Assembly: GCA_046290225.1 (NCBI GenBank)
Contig: JBKAGE010000062.1
Span: 1 to 51,400 of the forward strand
Source of the DNA: Bradymonadia bacterium
GTDB lineage: Bacteria; Myxococcota_A; Bradymonadia; UBA7976; UBA1532
Direction of reading: 5' to 3'
DNA: 51,400 bases
A model generated the notes under the pieces. That model did no database searches. It worked only from the letters and a program-made list of their open reading frames with translations, and had not been told where the DNA came from. The translations under genes and the position numbers were made by a program. Positions within the stretch are counted from its first letter, which is position 1. Each line of letters begins with the position of its first letter. Shown here one piece after another: positions 31,532 to 41,056 of this stretch.

Positions 31532-32619
31532 TGCTCAAGTACACCACGTTGATCGGTCTCGTGATCGCCCTTTCGGGGTGTCTGCGCCCCGGTGAAGATC
31601 GCGCCCGCCTCGACCTCACGATCGGCAAGGCCTCTGAAGAGGGGCTCACGATCGACGTAGACCAAGGCCACGCTGCGGTGCGTTCGCTCACCTCTGGCGA
31701 GGTGGAGTTGTGGGCCCAGGCGCCAGTGCTCACCATGGAGCTTCAGGCCGAGGTAGACGGCGAGTGGCGCATCACATTGCTCAACGGCATGGCTGCGTCG
31801 GTGCTCGAAGGCGCCGACGGGCAAGGCCCTGTGGAGGTCTCGCGCCTTGAGCAGCCCCGACCCACGGCGCAGGTCTGGTCAGTGACGCTGAGGGCTGGAG
31901 AAGTCACCACCTTGCGCTATGCACCCCCTGGGGCAGATGAGGAGATGCCCTTTCGATATGCTGTGCTCAGCGACATTCAGAGAGCCGTCGACGATGTCGG
32001 TGAGATCTTCACACGCATGAACGAAGACGAGACGTTGCTGTTCGTGGTCTCAGCTGGTGACCTCGTATCGCAAGGGCATGGCAGCGAGCTGCGGCGGTTC
32101 CAGCGAGAGATGGAAGCCCTCAACATTCCCCTCTACGCCACGCCAGGGAATCACGAGCGCGGTGTAGATGAGATCCCCTGGTCACAGATCTTCGGCCGGG
32201 GCAGCTTCAACTGGCAGTTCCAGGGGGCGTGTTTCACCTTCGCCGACTCGAGCGCCGCCACCATCGACCCCATGGTGTACGACTGGATGCAGGGCTGGCT
32301 CGACAGCTGCCGAGAGCGATCTCATGCGTTCTTGACCCATGTGCCGCCCATCGACCCCGTGGGTGCCCGCAGCGGTGGTTGGCGCAGCCGCAAAGAGGCG
32401 GCGAAGCTGTTCACCATGCTCGGTCGGGGCAAGGTCGACGTGGCGTATTATGGCCACGTGCACTCGTTCTACAGCTTCTCCAACGGCACTGTGGACGCCT
32501 TCATCAGCGGAGGTGGCGGGGCGATCCCCGAGCGCCTCGACGGCATCGGGCGTCACTACCTCGTGGTTGAGACCGATCACACCAGGGTTCGGCAGGTGGG
32601 TGTGGTGCGCGTAGACTGA
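31528..32619 (+). CDS. Calcineurin-like metallophosphoesterase, putative lipoprotein
   Basis: Lipobox LSGC; motifs SDIQ, AGDL, PGNHE, THVP, GHVH. Confidence 0.88.
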   Translation: MMLKYTTLIGLVIALSGCLRPGEDRARLDLTIGKASEEGLTIDVDQGHAAVRSLTSGEVELWAQAPVLTMELQAEVDGEWRITLLNGMAASVLEGADGQGPVEVSRLEQPRPTAQVWSVTLRAGEVTTLRYAPPGADEEMPFRYAVLSDIQRAVDDVGEIFTRMNEDETLLFVVSAGDLVSQGHGSELRRFQREMEALNIPLYATPGNHERGVDEIPWSQIFGRGSFNWQFQGACFTFADSSAATIDPMVYDWMQGWLDSCRERSHAFLTHVPPIDPVGARSGGWRSRKEAAKLFTMLGRGKVDVAYYGHVHSFYSFSNGTVDAFISGGGGAIPERLDGIGRHYLVVETDHTRVRQVGVVRVD

Positions 32620-32777
32620 TCCTGGAGTGCACTCATGTCGGCACCATGAGCCCCGTGCTGAGCGTCCTGTGAAGAGCTGTCATCGTCACCCGTCTGGGGG
32701 ATGACTTGCGGTGTCGTGTCATTCTCGACACAATGCTGCGATTTTTGACACGGGTCGCCCTCGACGGAGGCACCATC

Positions 32778-33983
32778 ATGGTCTCGAAAAACTTCAGAGT
32801 AATCAACGCGTTGGCTTTGGCCTCAGCGTTGGTGATCTCCGGTCAGTCCTCGGCCTGGTCCCTCGACCTGCCTGAGTCGGCGCCTCTCGACAGCCCCACC
32901 GCGCCCGTGAACATCATCGCTGCCTACGCGCAGATCGCTGATCAGCTTCAGGGCGCCGACGCCCTGTTCCAGCACCTCACGGCCCCGATCCCCAACGATG
33001 CCGAGTGGGATGTCGAGGTGAGTCGGCGAGTGGCTGACACACTGGCACCTGCTGCCCAGCACGACGCTGCATCGATTCACAAGCTCTATGCTGAAGATCC
33101 CGATGGCCCCTGTATCTCTGTCGGGGCTGCCCATGACGGCAGGCTGCTCAACGGGGTGCCGTTGCACACCCGCCCTGGTGTCATCACGCGCAAAGGCCGG
33201 AACTGGGGCACCGCTGAGACTGTCGCTGCCATCTATCGCGCTGTCGATCTGGTCAGGGCCAAATTCCCTGACACCCCAGATCTCGCCATCGGTGATTTGT
33301 CACGTAAGCACGGTGGAAAGCTTCGGCCCCACAAGTCTCACCAGTCGGGTCGAGATGCCGACATTGCCTACTATGTCACCCGGCGCCCTCACCCCAAGGG
33401 CCTGAGCCATGTGAGCGCAAGCCGCCTCGACGTGCCCCGCACCTTCGCCTTCATCGAGGCGTTGATGGAGGCGGGGGTCGAGTACATGTTCGTCGACTAT
33501 CGGCTGCAAAAGCCCCTCTACATCTACGCTCGAGACGAGCTCGGCCGTGACGAGGCCTGGCTCAAGAAGACCTTCGCCTGGCCTCGAGGGCGGAAGATTC
33601 GGGCCCGCATCAGGCACTTGCGGGGCCATGACACCCATCTGCACGTGCGATTTCACTCGCCTCAGGCCGTCGCCGCTTCGAAGAGTGAAGCCCACCGCGC
33701 GTACAAGAAGCAAAAGCTCGCCAAGGTCAAAGGCATACACTCCGAATCTCTCGACGGGCGCCACATCAAGGTCAGCCACAAGGTGCGGCGCGGGGACAGC
33801 TTGATCCGTATCGCCAAGCGCTATCGGGTCGATCTCGAGGACGTCTTGCGCTGGAATCGCATCAAGAAGCGGAAGATCATTCGCCCTGGTGATCGACTGA
33901 CGATCTACAAAAAGCGGGTCTCCAAGCGCAGCAAGCGGTGTCGGAAGAAGGGTAAGCGCAAGAAAGGTTGCCCACGCAGCTGA
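32778..33983 (+). CDS. Penicillin-insensitive murein endopeptidase (MepA-like, M74) with C-terminal LysM domain
   Basis: ATG 32778 after GGAGG; signal peptide; GRLLNG, RNWGT, IGDLS, HKSHQSGRDAD, GHDTHLHVR; LysM HKVRRGDSLIRIAKRYRV..WNRI...IRPGDRL; basic tail. Confidence 0.88.
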   Translation: MVSKNFRVINALALASALVISGQSSAWSLDLPESAPLDSPTAPVNIIAAYAQIADQLQGADALFQHLTAPIPNDAEWDVEVSRRVADTLAPAAQHDAASIHKLYAEDPDGPCISVGAAHDGRLLNGVPLHTRPGVITRKGRNWGTAETVAAIYRAVDLVRAKFPDTPDLAIGDLSRKHGGKLRPHKSHQSGRDADIAYYVTRRPHPKGLSHVSASRLDVPRTFAFIEALMEAGVEYMFVDYRLQKPLYIYARDELGRDEAWLKKTFAWPRGRKIRARIRHLRGHDTHLHVRFHSPQAVAASKSEAHRAYKKQKLAKVKGIHSESLDGRHIKVSHKVRRGDSLIRIAKRYRVDLEDVLRWNRIKKRKIIRPGDRLTIYKKRVSKRSKRCRKKGKRKKGCPRS

Positions 33984-34266
33984 GCCCGCCTCCCTGTCTC
34001 ACCACACTGTCTCAAGCTGATTATTCGAAACAACCGCTGTTGATGTCTTAGCCTTTCAAGGGTGGGCAATTCTTGAGAGATTTGTCTGTGATACCGCCAA
34101 CATCTTATGTGTGCAGATGGGTGGACTGCAGAGGAGACACGTACACATACACAACCTGATGGCAGGTTCAGGAGCGGGTTTCCTGAGGTAAATCCCCGAA
34201 TCGGGGGATGTGGTCGCGGGGAGCGTGGGTTAGAAAACCGATGATTTTCTGTGAAGTGGGACACAT

Positions 34267-35409
34267 ATGGGCGGCAGGCCAGAAGAGGAGGAGGGGGCTG
34301 CAACATTGCATGTGGGGGAGACAGGCAACTCAGATGGTGCCGGGGCGGGCCATCAAATCACGAACGGGTTGCCTGTAAATTCTGAGAGCGAGCGGCTCTC
34401 CAAGCAGTTGTTGGCGTTATATCGAGCGGTCGATGCGCAACAGCCGGAGCAGCAGCTCAGCGCGCACCTGCAGAGGTTCAGCGAGGCGGTACACGTGGCG
34501 ATCTGGTCGCCACTCGCCGAGCTGTGCTGGGGTGTTCATCTGGCGCCGTTGTCGTCGACGATGGTGCCTCAAATCAAGGCGCTGTTGGATCGACAGGGCA
34601 ACCTGGAGCCGCAGGCCGAGCCACATGGGCTCGGGGTCACCAGCATACCTGCGGTGTCAGGGCAGACGGGTGCTGACCACCCAGTGGTGGTCTCTCCGCT
34701 CAAACACTCCGCGGGGTTGAGCATCATCTGGATCGGCTCACCTGACGACGAGCACTTCGAGCGTCACGTGGCTGCATTGCTGGCGTTGCTGCGTCCTCAT
34801 CTCGAACACATCTTCGAAGAGCTCGCGCATCGATCTACACACCTCTCCAAGAGCCTCGATGCACTCCAAGTGGGGCTCTTCTCGTATGTTCGAGGCGTGA
34901 TGTCGCCGGCAAACGCGTCGGCCAACACGTTGCTTACATCCTCCGAGGTTCTGCGCCGTCGAGGTGATGAGGTACAGGTTGTCGACTCAGCGACTGCTCG
35001 TGCTCTTCTACAGTGCATCCAGGAGGTCTGTGCCCTCGAAGAAGCCGGCGCCGAAGTGGTGGTGTTGCCCCGAGGAGACGAGCGGCATGATCTGCTTGCT
35101 GTGGTGACTCGAGTCGGCATCGGTGATGTCACGGACGCCTGCTGGATCATGGTGCACGATCCAGAGCACGTGCGTGGGATCGAGCTGCCTCAGGGGCTCT
35201 ATGGTCTGAGCCCTGCCGAGCGGGCGGTGGCGAAGTGGATGCTGCAAGGCTGTACGGCACCAGAGGTGGGCAACATCTTGAAGGTGAGCCCCTGGACTGT
35301 GCGCACCCACCTCAAGAACATCTTCGTCAAGACGGGCACCAACCGTCAGTCGGAGCTGGTGGCGCTGCTGGCGCCCTTGCTGCTGCTCTTTCGGCAGAGC
35401 GCTGATTGA
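34267..35409 (+). CDS. LuxR-family helix-turn-helix transcriptional regulator, copy 1
   Basis: C-terminal HTH LSPAERAV...VSPWTVRTHLKNIFVKTGTNRQSELV. Start uncertain; TTG 34369 is plausible by alignment with copy 2. Confidence 0.85.
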   Translation: MGGRPEEEEGAATLHVGETGNSDGAGAGHQITNGLPVNSESERLSKQLLALYRAVDAQQPEQQLSAHLQRFSEAVHVAIWSPLAELCWGVHLAPLSSTMVPQIKALLDRQGNLEPQAEPHGLGVTSIPAVSGQTGADHPVVVSPLKHSAGLSIIWIGSPDDEHFERHVAALLALLRPHLEHIFEELAHRSTHLSKSLDALQVGLFSYVRGVMSPANASANTLLTSSEVLRRRGDEVQVVDSATARALLQCIQEVCALEEAGAEVVVLPRGDERHDLLAVVTRVGIGDVTDACWIMVHDPEHVRGIELPQGLYGLSPAERAVAKWMLQGCTAPEVGNILKVSPWTVRTHLKNIFVKTGTNRQSELVALLAPLLLLFRQSAD

Positions 35410-35466
35410 TAGGGCGCAGAAGAAGGCGCGGCGTTGAACCAATGGGCATGACAAGCCAGTCATGTC

Positions 35467-35886
35467 TCACTGAGAGAGCTTCACGCCCATCTTCCTGGCG
35501 ACATCTTTGAACCCGCCTCCGTTGACCAGTCCGGTGTAACCCTGCTTCTGCAGCGCTTTGATGGCTCTCGAGGCACGTCCGCCCACTGCGCAGAAGATGA
35601 TGGCGGGGGTGTCTTTCGACGGGAGGACCGAGGCGGCCTCCTGAATCTGGTTGAGCGGGACGTTGACGCTGCCGGGCACATGCCCTCTGGCATACTCGCC
35701 TGGCGTGCGCACGTCGATGAGCAGTGGCCGGTCTTGTTTCAGGATGTCGTCCACGGTGACCGATTTCGAGACGCTGCCTGAGGGCTGACCGGCTTCTGGG
35801 TTCACGGGCGTGGATTCACCTTTGCAGCCGAAACCGAGCAGGGCCATGGCTGAGGCGAGGAGGGATTTGCGTTGAGGGGGGTTCAT
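35467..35886 (-). CDS. Rhodanese-like domain protein, putative lipoprotein
   Basis: ATG 35886 after AGGAG; LLGFGC; LIDVRTPGEYARGHVPGSVNVPL; active-site loop CAVGGR. Confidence 0.9.
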   Translation of the reverse strand: MNPPQRKSLLASAMALLGFGCKGESTPVNPEAGQPSGSVSKSVTVDDILKQDRPLLIDVRTPGEYARGHVPGSVNVPLNQIQEAASVLPSKDTPAIIFCAVGGRASRAIKALQKQGYTGLVNGGGFKDVARKMGVKLSQ

Positions 35887-35975
35887 GGTGCTCCTGTATG
35901 CATTGTCAGTGTGCATATACGGCAAGAGTCGGGCCATTGTCGCTTTGAGCCTCGCTGGTATACCCAAATGGGTGA

Positions 35976-36006
35976 TTGACAGCCCAATCGAGTGATGTGC
36001 TATATC
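35976..36006 (+). promoter_or_regulatory. Possible sigma70-type promoter for the pentapeptide/caspase operon
   Basis: Perfect TTGACA at 35976-35981, then TG-C-TATATC about 19 bp later; spacing is non-optimal. Confidence 0.3.
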
Positions 36007-36116
36007 CGCGCCGCTGAGTATTTAGGTGTATGGGGCGGCGGTGAGATTTCTGCGGGAAAACCCAAATGAGATCCAGGTGACTTGCGCGCCCTCTCTCGAG
36101 CTGGAGTGCAAACGAG

Positions 36117-39100
36117 ATGAAGCAGTGTGTGTGGGCGTGGCTGTGCCTGAGTCTGGGCCTGATGCCGGCGTTGTGGGGCTGCGACAGCAGCGTAGATGCA
36201 GACAATCCGTGTGATCCGGAGTCTGCAGAGGCGGCGCAGGCTCGGGTCGTGGTTCGGGGTCGGCTCATTGCCCCAGAGGGTGATCCGCAAGCCCTGGTTG
36301 AGGGGATGGCGATCACGCTCACCGCTGTGGGTGAGGACGACGCCACACAGACTCAGATGGCGGATGCGGATGGCGCCTTCAGTTTCGACGCGGTGGTGTC
36401 CGGGGACTGGCTGCTCGAGGCCCAAGGCGGCGAGCTGTATCTGCCTCGTGTGCCCTTCAGCGTAAACGCGTGCCAGCCAGCAGATTTGGGTTTGATGCAG
36501 ACCGCGCGGCGTCCTATTGAGGGGGCGCTCTCTGGCACAGCGCAGCTGATGTCAGCAGGGGAGCAGAGCCACGGTGGAATCCTGGTTGCGGTGCGTGGCG
36601 GCCTGGCCCAGACCCGCACGCTCACTGATGGCAGCTTCACGTTGCAGCTGCCCCACGGACGCCACGACATCGAGTTCAGCTATCCTGGCTACGCCACTGA
36701 GGTGGTGGCTGGGGTGAACGTTGAAGCAGCCACCACGCTGGACGCCCCTGTGGTGCTCAACAGCCGCCCTGTCCGGATGGTGGGTCGAGTGACCCTTGAG
36801 GGGCTTGAGAGCGCGGAGCGCACGGCGACGACGGGTGTGCTGTTGATCCGCGATGGTGTCGAGCGCCAAGTGACAGTGGGTGATCAAGGCCGCGTCGCTG
36901 CTGACGACTTATCTCCAGGCGTATACACCCTCGTGGCCAGCCGCCCAGGTTATCGCTCGGTGGAGCGTAGCTTCCAGGGCGCACCTGGTGGGTTCGAAGA
37001 TGTGGGCCTGTTGGTGTTGCGCCATCACGCGCTCACGGGTGACGCGGTGCCTTTCCGCGGTCGTGTGCAATCGGTGGGCGCTGCAAGCCAGGCTGGTGTA
37101 GAGGTGACTGTACGCCTCGCAGGCTCGGAGCTGGTGCTGGGTCGCACGATCACCGATGCCAATGGTGACTTCACTGTGCTGGCGTCTCCTGATGAGTCAT
37201 ATGTATTCACCGCTGATCGCCCTGACTATGTGCCGTTCACCGCGCGGGAGCCCTTCGCCTGGGATGCAGAGCGTATGGCCTTCGTCGACGCTGCAGGACG
37301 CACGCCCAAGGCTGATCTGCTCGCAGAGGATCCGCGGGGGAGCGTGACCTTCGATGTGGCTGTAGGGCCTGAGTGGCTGCCTCTGGAGGCCCGCACGGCT
37401 CGGGTGTTGGTGCAGCGCGAGGGCGAGGTGCTGCCCGAGCTGGTGGGCGCCGATGGCCAGCGTATCCGTGTGGACAACCTGCAGCCGGGTAGCTACCGCC
37501 TAGTGGTGGGCCGCCCCGGGTTCACTGGCGCCGAGGCTGAGTTCGAGGTGGTGAACGCCCCTGATGGTCTGAACGTGGTTCTCGACGAGACGCTGTCGAT
37601 CCGACTGAGCAACCTGACAGCCTCGGGCATCGAGTTGGGGCAAGTGGTGCAGGCTGAGTGGTTCGAGGGGGTCGAGGTTGCAGGGGCGACACTCTCCCGC
37701 CGCACGCTGGTGGGTGACTTTGGTGGGTTGGATCTCACCGGGGTGCGCCTGCCCGACTCTGATCTGACGCAGGCGAGCTTCGACGGAGCGCTGATGTCCG
37801 AGGCTGATTTGAGCCGGGTGGTGGCCACGGGGTCGAGCTTTGTTGGGGCTGAGCTGACGGGCGCGCTCTTTGCCGGTGCTCGGCTCGAGGGGTCACGTTT
37901 TCATTGCGCTGAGCGTCTCGGGGACGGCCGCTGTGGGTGTCTTGAGGGCGCCGAAGCATGTGTGACTTCGCTCATGGGGGCGTCTTTCGACAACGCGTTG
38001 CTGCTCGGGGCCGATTTCTCAGGGGCGCTGCTGGATGAGGGGCAGTTCACAGGGGCGATCTTCGGGCTGTCGGGCGAGGGGGTGGCGCTGTCGCCGCCGT
38101 TGGGTTGCGATCTACCGCTGTCGTGCCGCTGGGATACGCTGGAGGCGTGTGAAGAAGAGCTTCCGGAGGGCTGTCGCGGAGTGCCTACACGCTTCACGGG
38201 GGCATCGATGGTCCGAGCGACGATGCCTGGGGCGGTGCTGGAGCACGTGGATTTCTCGGATGCTGATCTGCACCAAGCAAACCTGAACAACGCGACGATT
38301 ACGTTCAATACGCACTTGCGTCGGGCTGACTTGACCGGTGCGCAGCTGCGGGTGGCCCGGCTGAATGGTGCTGATCTGCGCGAGGCGACGCTGGTGGAGG
38401 CGGTGCTGAATGATGCGGATTTGACTGGGGCGGATTTGTCGGCGGTGGATGCGAAACGGGCTGTGTTGCAGGGGGCGGATCTGAGCCGCACGGTGTTGCG
38501 TCATACCTTGCTGCAGGGCGCTGACCTGCGCAGTATCGTGTTCGCGCCAGAGGCTGCAGCAGGTGCTGACCTGGCCGAGGCCGATATGCGGGAAGCGGTG
38601 TTGGTGAGCCGGGCAGAGATTGGGCCACTGGTGCTTGATGGCGCGCGACTCGAAGGCGCTCGCATGGAGGGTATCTTTTGGGGTTGGTCGTTCCGAGGCA
38701 TTCAGGGCCGTGGCCTTGAGACCCAGAATGGCACGATGCAGCTCGTGGCCTGCGACTTCAGCGACGCTGATCTGACCGAGGCGGTCTTCACATTGGGTGG
38801 CCAGGGCGATCGAGTGACCGCCATGGAGAGCACACGTTTTGATGGCGCCGATCTCACCGATGCAAGCATGTTGACGGTGGCAGGCATTCTTCAGCCGAGG
38901 CTCGGGTTTGAGCAACGTCATCGACGAGACAGTTGTATGCCCCTAGAGAGCCAGATTGCGAACCGTGGCACCTTACCGTGGATACGTTGGACGTCATTCA
39001 GCGGCGCCAACCTCGATCGGTTCACTTTCTCTGGCTTCGACTTTATGGGTGATATGAGCCAAGTTGCCTCTGCTGAGGACGCCACCCTGAACGGAAACTA

Positions 39101-41051
39101 TTTCCATAGAACCAACTTCGATGACAGCCGCTTCGACCGGGCACACATGGGCTTCAATCAGTGGGAGGCCTCCAGTGCCCGGCGTGCGAGCTTCGCCGGC
39201 GCTCACTTCGAGCACAGCAGCTGGATGGTGGTTGACGCTCGAGACGCCGGCTTCCAAGGCGCCGACATGAACACCTTCAGAATCCACCAGTCGATGTTCA
39301 TGGGGGCCAACCTAAACAACGCGCGTTGGGCGGGAACCTGCGTCAGTCTCAGCTCGTTCTACAACGCCAGCCTGCGCGGGGTAGGGCCTGGGGTTTGGAC
39401 TTCGCTGATCAGTACCGATGTCGTTGGTGCTGACTTTACTGGGGCCCGATTTGAATTCTTGACCAATCTGGCCACTGAGTTCAGTGAGGAGCAGCTTGGG
39501 CTGATCGAAGAGATGATCATCAACATCGATGAAGGTGATCACCGTATCTACAACCGCCAGGACATGAGAGAGAGCTTTGTGCCTAATCTGGGGCAACAGG
39601 CCCTCGACATCTGTGCCACTGGTGGCTCTTGCCACGAGATGGCGGCCTCGTGTGCGCCCTACGAAGACGAGGTGCACTTCTCGTGTCAGGACATGACTTG
39701 CCAGCTCTTGCTCAATGGAGGCTGCGACAACCCTGAGGCCTTCTTTGGCGAGGGGCTCAACCTCGACTTCTGCGACGTCATCCCCCAAGATCCGAGCTTG
39801 TTGGTGGACACCTGCGACATGTATGAGGGGGCGGTCTTCATCGGTGCCAACCTAGAGGGCGTAGATGCCATCGAGTCCGACTTTTTTCAGGTGAACTTCA
39901 ACCGCGCCAATTTGAGGGGCATGGTCTTTCCCTTTGACCAGAACTCAAGTTTGCAGACCTTTATCGGCGCGGATCTGACTGAGGCGAGGATCGTGCCTGA
40001 GGAAGGTATCGTAGGTTTTGACGCCTTCGGCCGTGACACCCACTTGCTGGTGGACACCGTGCTCGATGGCGTCGACCTCCAGCGGTTGGACGCAGGGCTT
40101 TGGTACCTGGACCCTGCCTCTATGGAGGGCATGGTGGCTGAGCACATCAGCTTCGTCAGCAGCTTCCTCACGGGGGTGGGGCTTGACGTCTTGCATACGA
40201 ACACTCGCCTGCTGAACACCTACGCTGTAGGCGCGGATCTGTCAGATCACGAGGGTCCAATTCAGCTAAGGGCTCACGAGAGCAATCTTGAAGCCCTCAA
40301 CGTGGCCGGCGCCCAGCTCAACGACAACACGAGCATCTCCCGCTCAAACCTAGCCGCTTTACGCGCTGATGGTGCCCGAGCGAATCGCTTTGCTGCGCCT
40401 TTCAGCAATCTCGACAGTGCCAGCCTCGTCGGGGCGCAGATGCCTGACATCAACATCGAGGCAGCTTCAGGCTGGGACATTAACCTCGCGGATGCTGATT
40501 GGTCGCGTGCCTACATTGATCGAGCCACCTTGGGTCGAGTGAGCGCTGTTGGGGCCAACCTGAGTGCGGTGGATTTTCATAGAGCGCAGATTACATTCAC
40601 CAGCCTCGAAGGGGCCAACCTTACCGGAGCAGATCTACGCGGTTTGGATCTCAGCAACATCACGATGGTGGGCGCAGAGATGATGGGCGTACAGGCGAGT
40701 GGCGCGTTGTTGAATGGTGCCGAGTTGAATGGCGCTGAGCTGTCTGAGGGCGACTTCGACAGTGCCATGCTCTCGGGGGCAGATCTCAGCGACACGGTGA
40801 TGTCGGGCGCTCGGTTCGACCGGGCCCGCCTCATGGGTGTTGATATGAGCAGAGCAGTCGTGGGTGATGCGTCTTTTACCTGGGCAGATCTCTCTGGTGC
40901 TGATCTCGCGGGTATCGATTTGCGTCAAGCCACCCTGAGTCACGCGCGTCTTGCCGACGCTGATCTCACCGGCGCCCAGATTTGCCGCTCTCAACTTGCC
41001 AGCGCCAATACTGGTGACTGGAGCGAGGCCACCATCGACGAGGGCTGTTGA
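36117..41051 (+). CDS. Giant pentapeptide-repeat lipoprotein with N-terminal carboxypeptidase-regulatory-like (beta-sandwich) domains, 1644 aa
   Basis: Lipobox LWGC, DNPCDP; repeated T..DGxFxF / PGxYxL..xRPGY beta-sandwich units; long A(D/N)LxG pentapeptide tracts (ADLTGADLSAVD, ANLTGADLRGLDLS) interrupted by Cys-rich inserts. Confidence 0.88.
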   Translation: MKQCVWAWLCLSLGLMPALWGCDSSVDADNPCDPESAEAAQARVVVRGRLIAPEGDPQALVEGMAITLTAVGEDDATQTQMADADGAFSFDAVVSGDWLLEAQGGELYLPRVPFSVNACQPADLGLMQTARRPIEGALSGTAQLMSAGEQSHGGILVAVRGGLAQTRTLTDGSFTLQLPHGRHDIEFSYPGYATEVVAGVNVEAATTLDAPVVLNSRPVRMVGRVTLEGLESAERTATTGVLLIRDGVERQVTVGDQGRVAADDLSPGVYTLVASRPGYRSVERSFQGAPGGFEDVGLLVLRHHALTGDAVPFRGRVQSVGAASQAGVEVTVRLAGSELVLGRTITDANGDFTVLASPDESYVFTADRPDYVPFTAREPFAWDAERMAFVDAAGRTPKADLLAEDPRGSVTFDVAVGPEWLPLEARTARVLVQREGEVLPELVGADGQRIRVDNLQPGSYRLVVGRPGFTGAEAEFEVVNAPDGLNVVLDETLSIRLSNLTASGIELGQVVQAEWFEGVEVAGATLSRRTLVGDFGGLDLTGVRLPDSDLTQASFDGALMSEADLSRVVATGSSFVGAELTGALFAGARLEGSRFHCAERLGDGRCGCLEGAEACVTSLMGASFDNALLLGADFSGALLDEGQFTGAIFGLSGEGVALSPPLGCDLPLSCRWDTLEACEEELPEGCRGVPTRFTGASMVRATMPGAVLEHVDFSDADLHQANLNNATITFNTHLRRADLTGAQLRVARLNGADLREATLVEAVLNDADLTGADLSAVDAKRAVLQGADLSRTVLRHTLLQGADLRSIVFAPEAAAGADLAEADMREAVLVSRAEIGPLVLDGARLEGARMEGIFWGWSFRGIQGRGLETQNGTMQLVACDFSDADLTEAVFTLGGQGDRVTAMESTRFDGADLTDASMLTVAGILQPRLGFEQRHRRDSCMPLESQIANRGTLPWIRWTSFSGANLDRFTFSGFDFMGDMSQVASAEDATLNGNYFHRTNFDDSRFDRAHMGFNQWEASSARRASFAGAHFEHSSWMVVDARDAGFQGADMNTFRIHQSMFMGANLNNARWAGTCVSLSSFYNASLRGVGPGVWTSLISTDVVGADFTGARFEFLTNLATEFSEEQLGLIEEMIINIDEGDHRIYNRQDMRESFVPNLGQQALDICATGGSCHEMAASCAPYEDEVHFSCQDMTCQLLLNGGCDNPEAFFGEGLNLDFCDVIPQDPSLLVDTCDMYEGAVFIGANLEGVDAIESDFFQVNFNRANLRGMVFPFDQNSSLQTFIGADLTEARIVPEEGIVGFDAFGRDTHLLVDTVLDGVDLQRLDAGLWYLDPASMEGMVAEHISFVSSFLTGVGLDVLHTNTRLLNTYAVGADLSDHEGPIQLRAHESNLEALNVAGAQLNDNTSISRSNLAALRADGARANRFAAPFSNLDSASLVGAQMPDINIEAASGWDINLADADWSRAYIDRATLGRVSAVGANLSAVDFHRAQITFTSLEGANLTGADLRGLDLSNITMVGAEMMGVQASGALLNGAELNGAELSEGDFDSAMLSGADLSDTVMSGARFDRARLMGVDMSRAVVGDASFTWADLSGADLAGIDLRQATLSHARLADADLTGAQICRSQLASANTGDWSEATIDEGC

Positions 41052-41056
41052 GTCTT

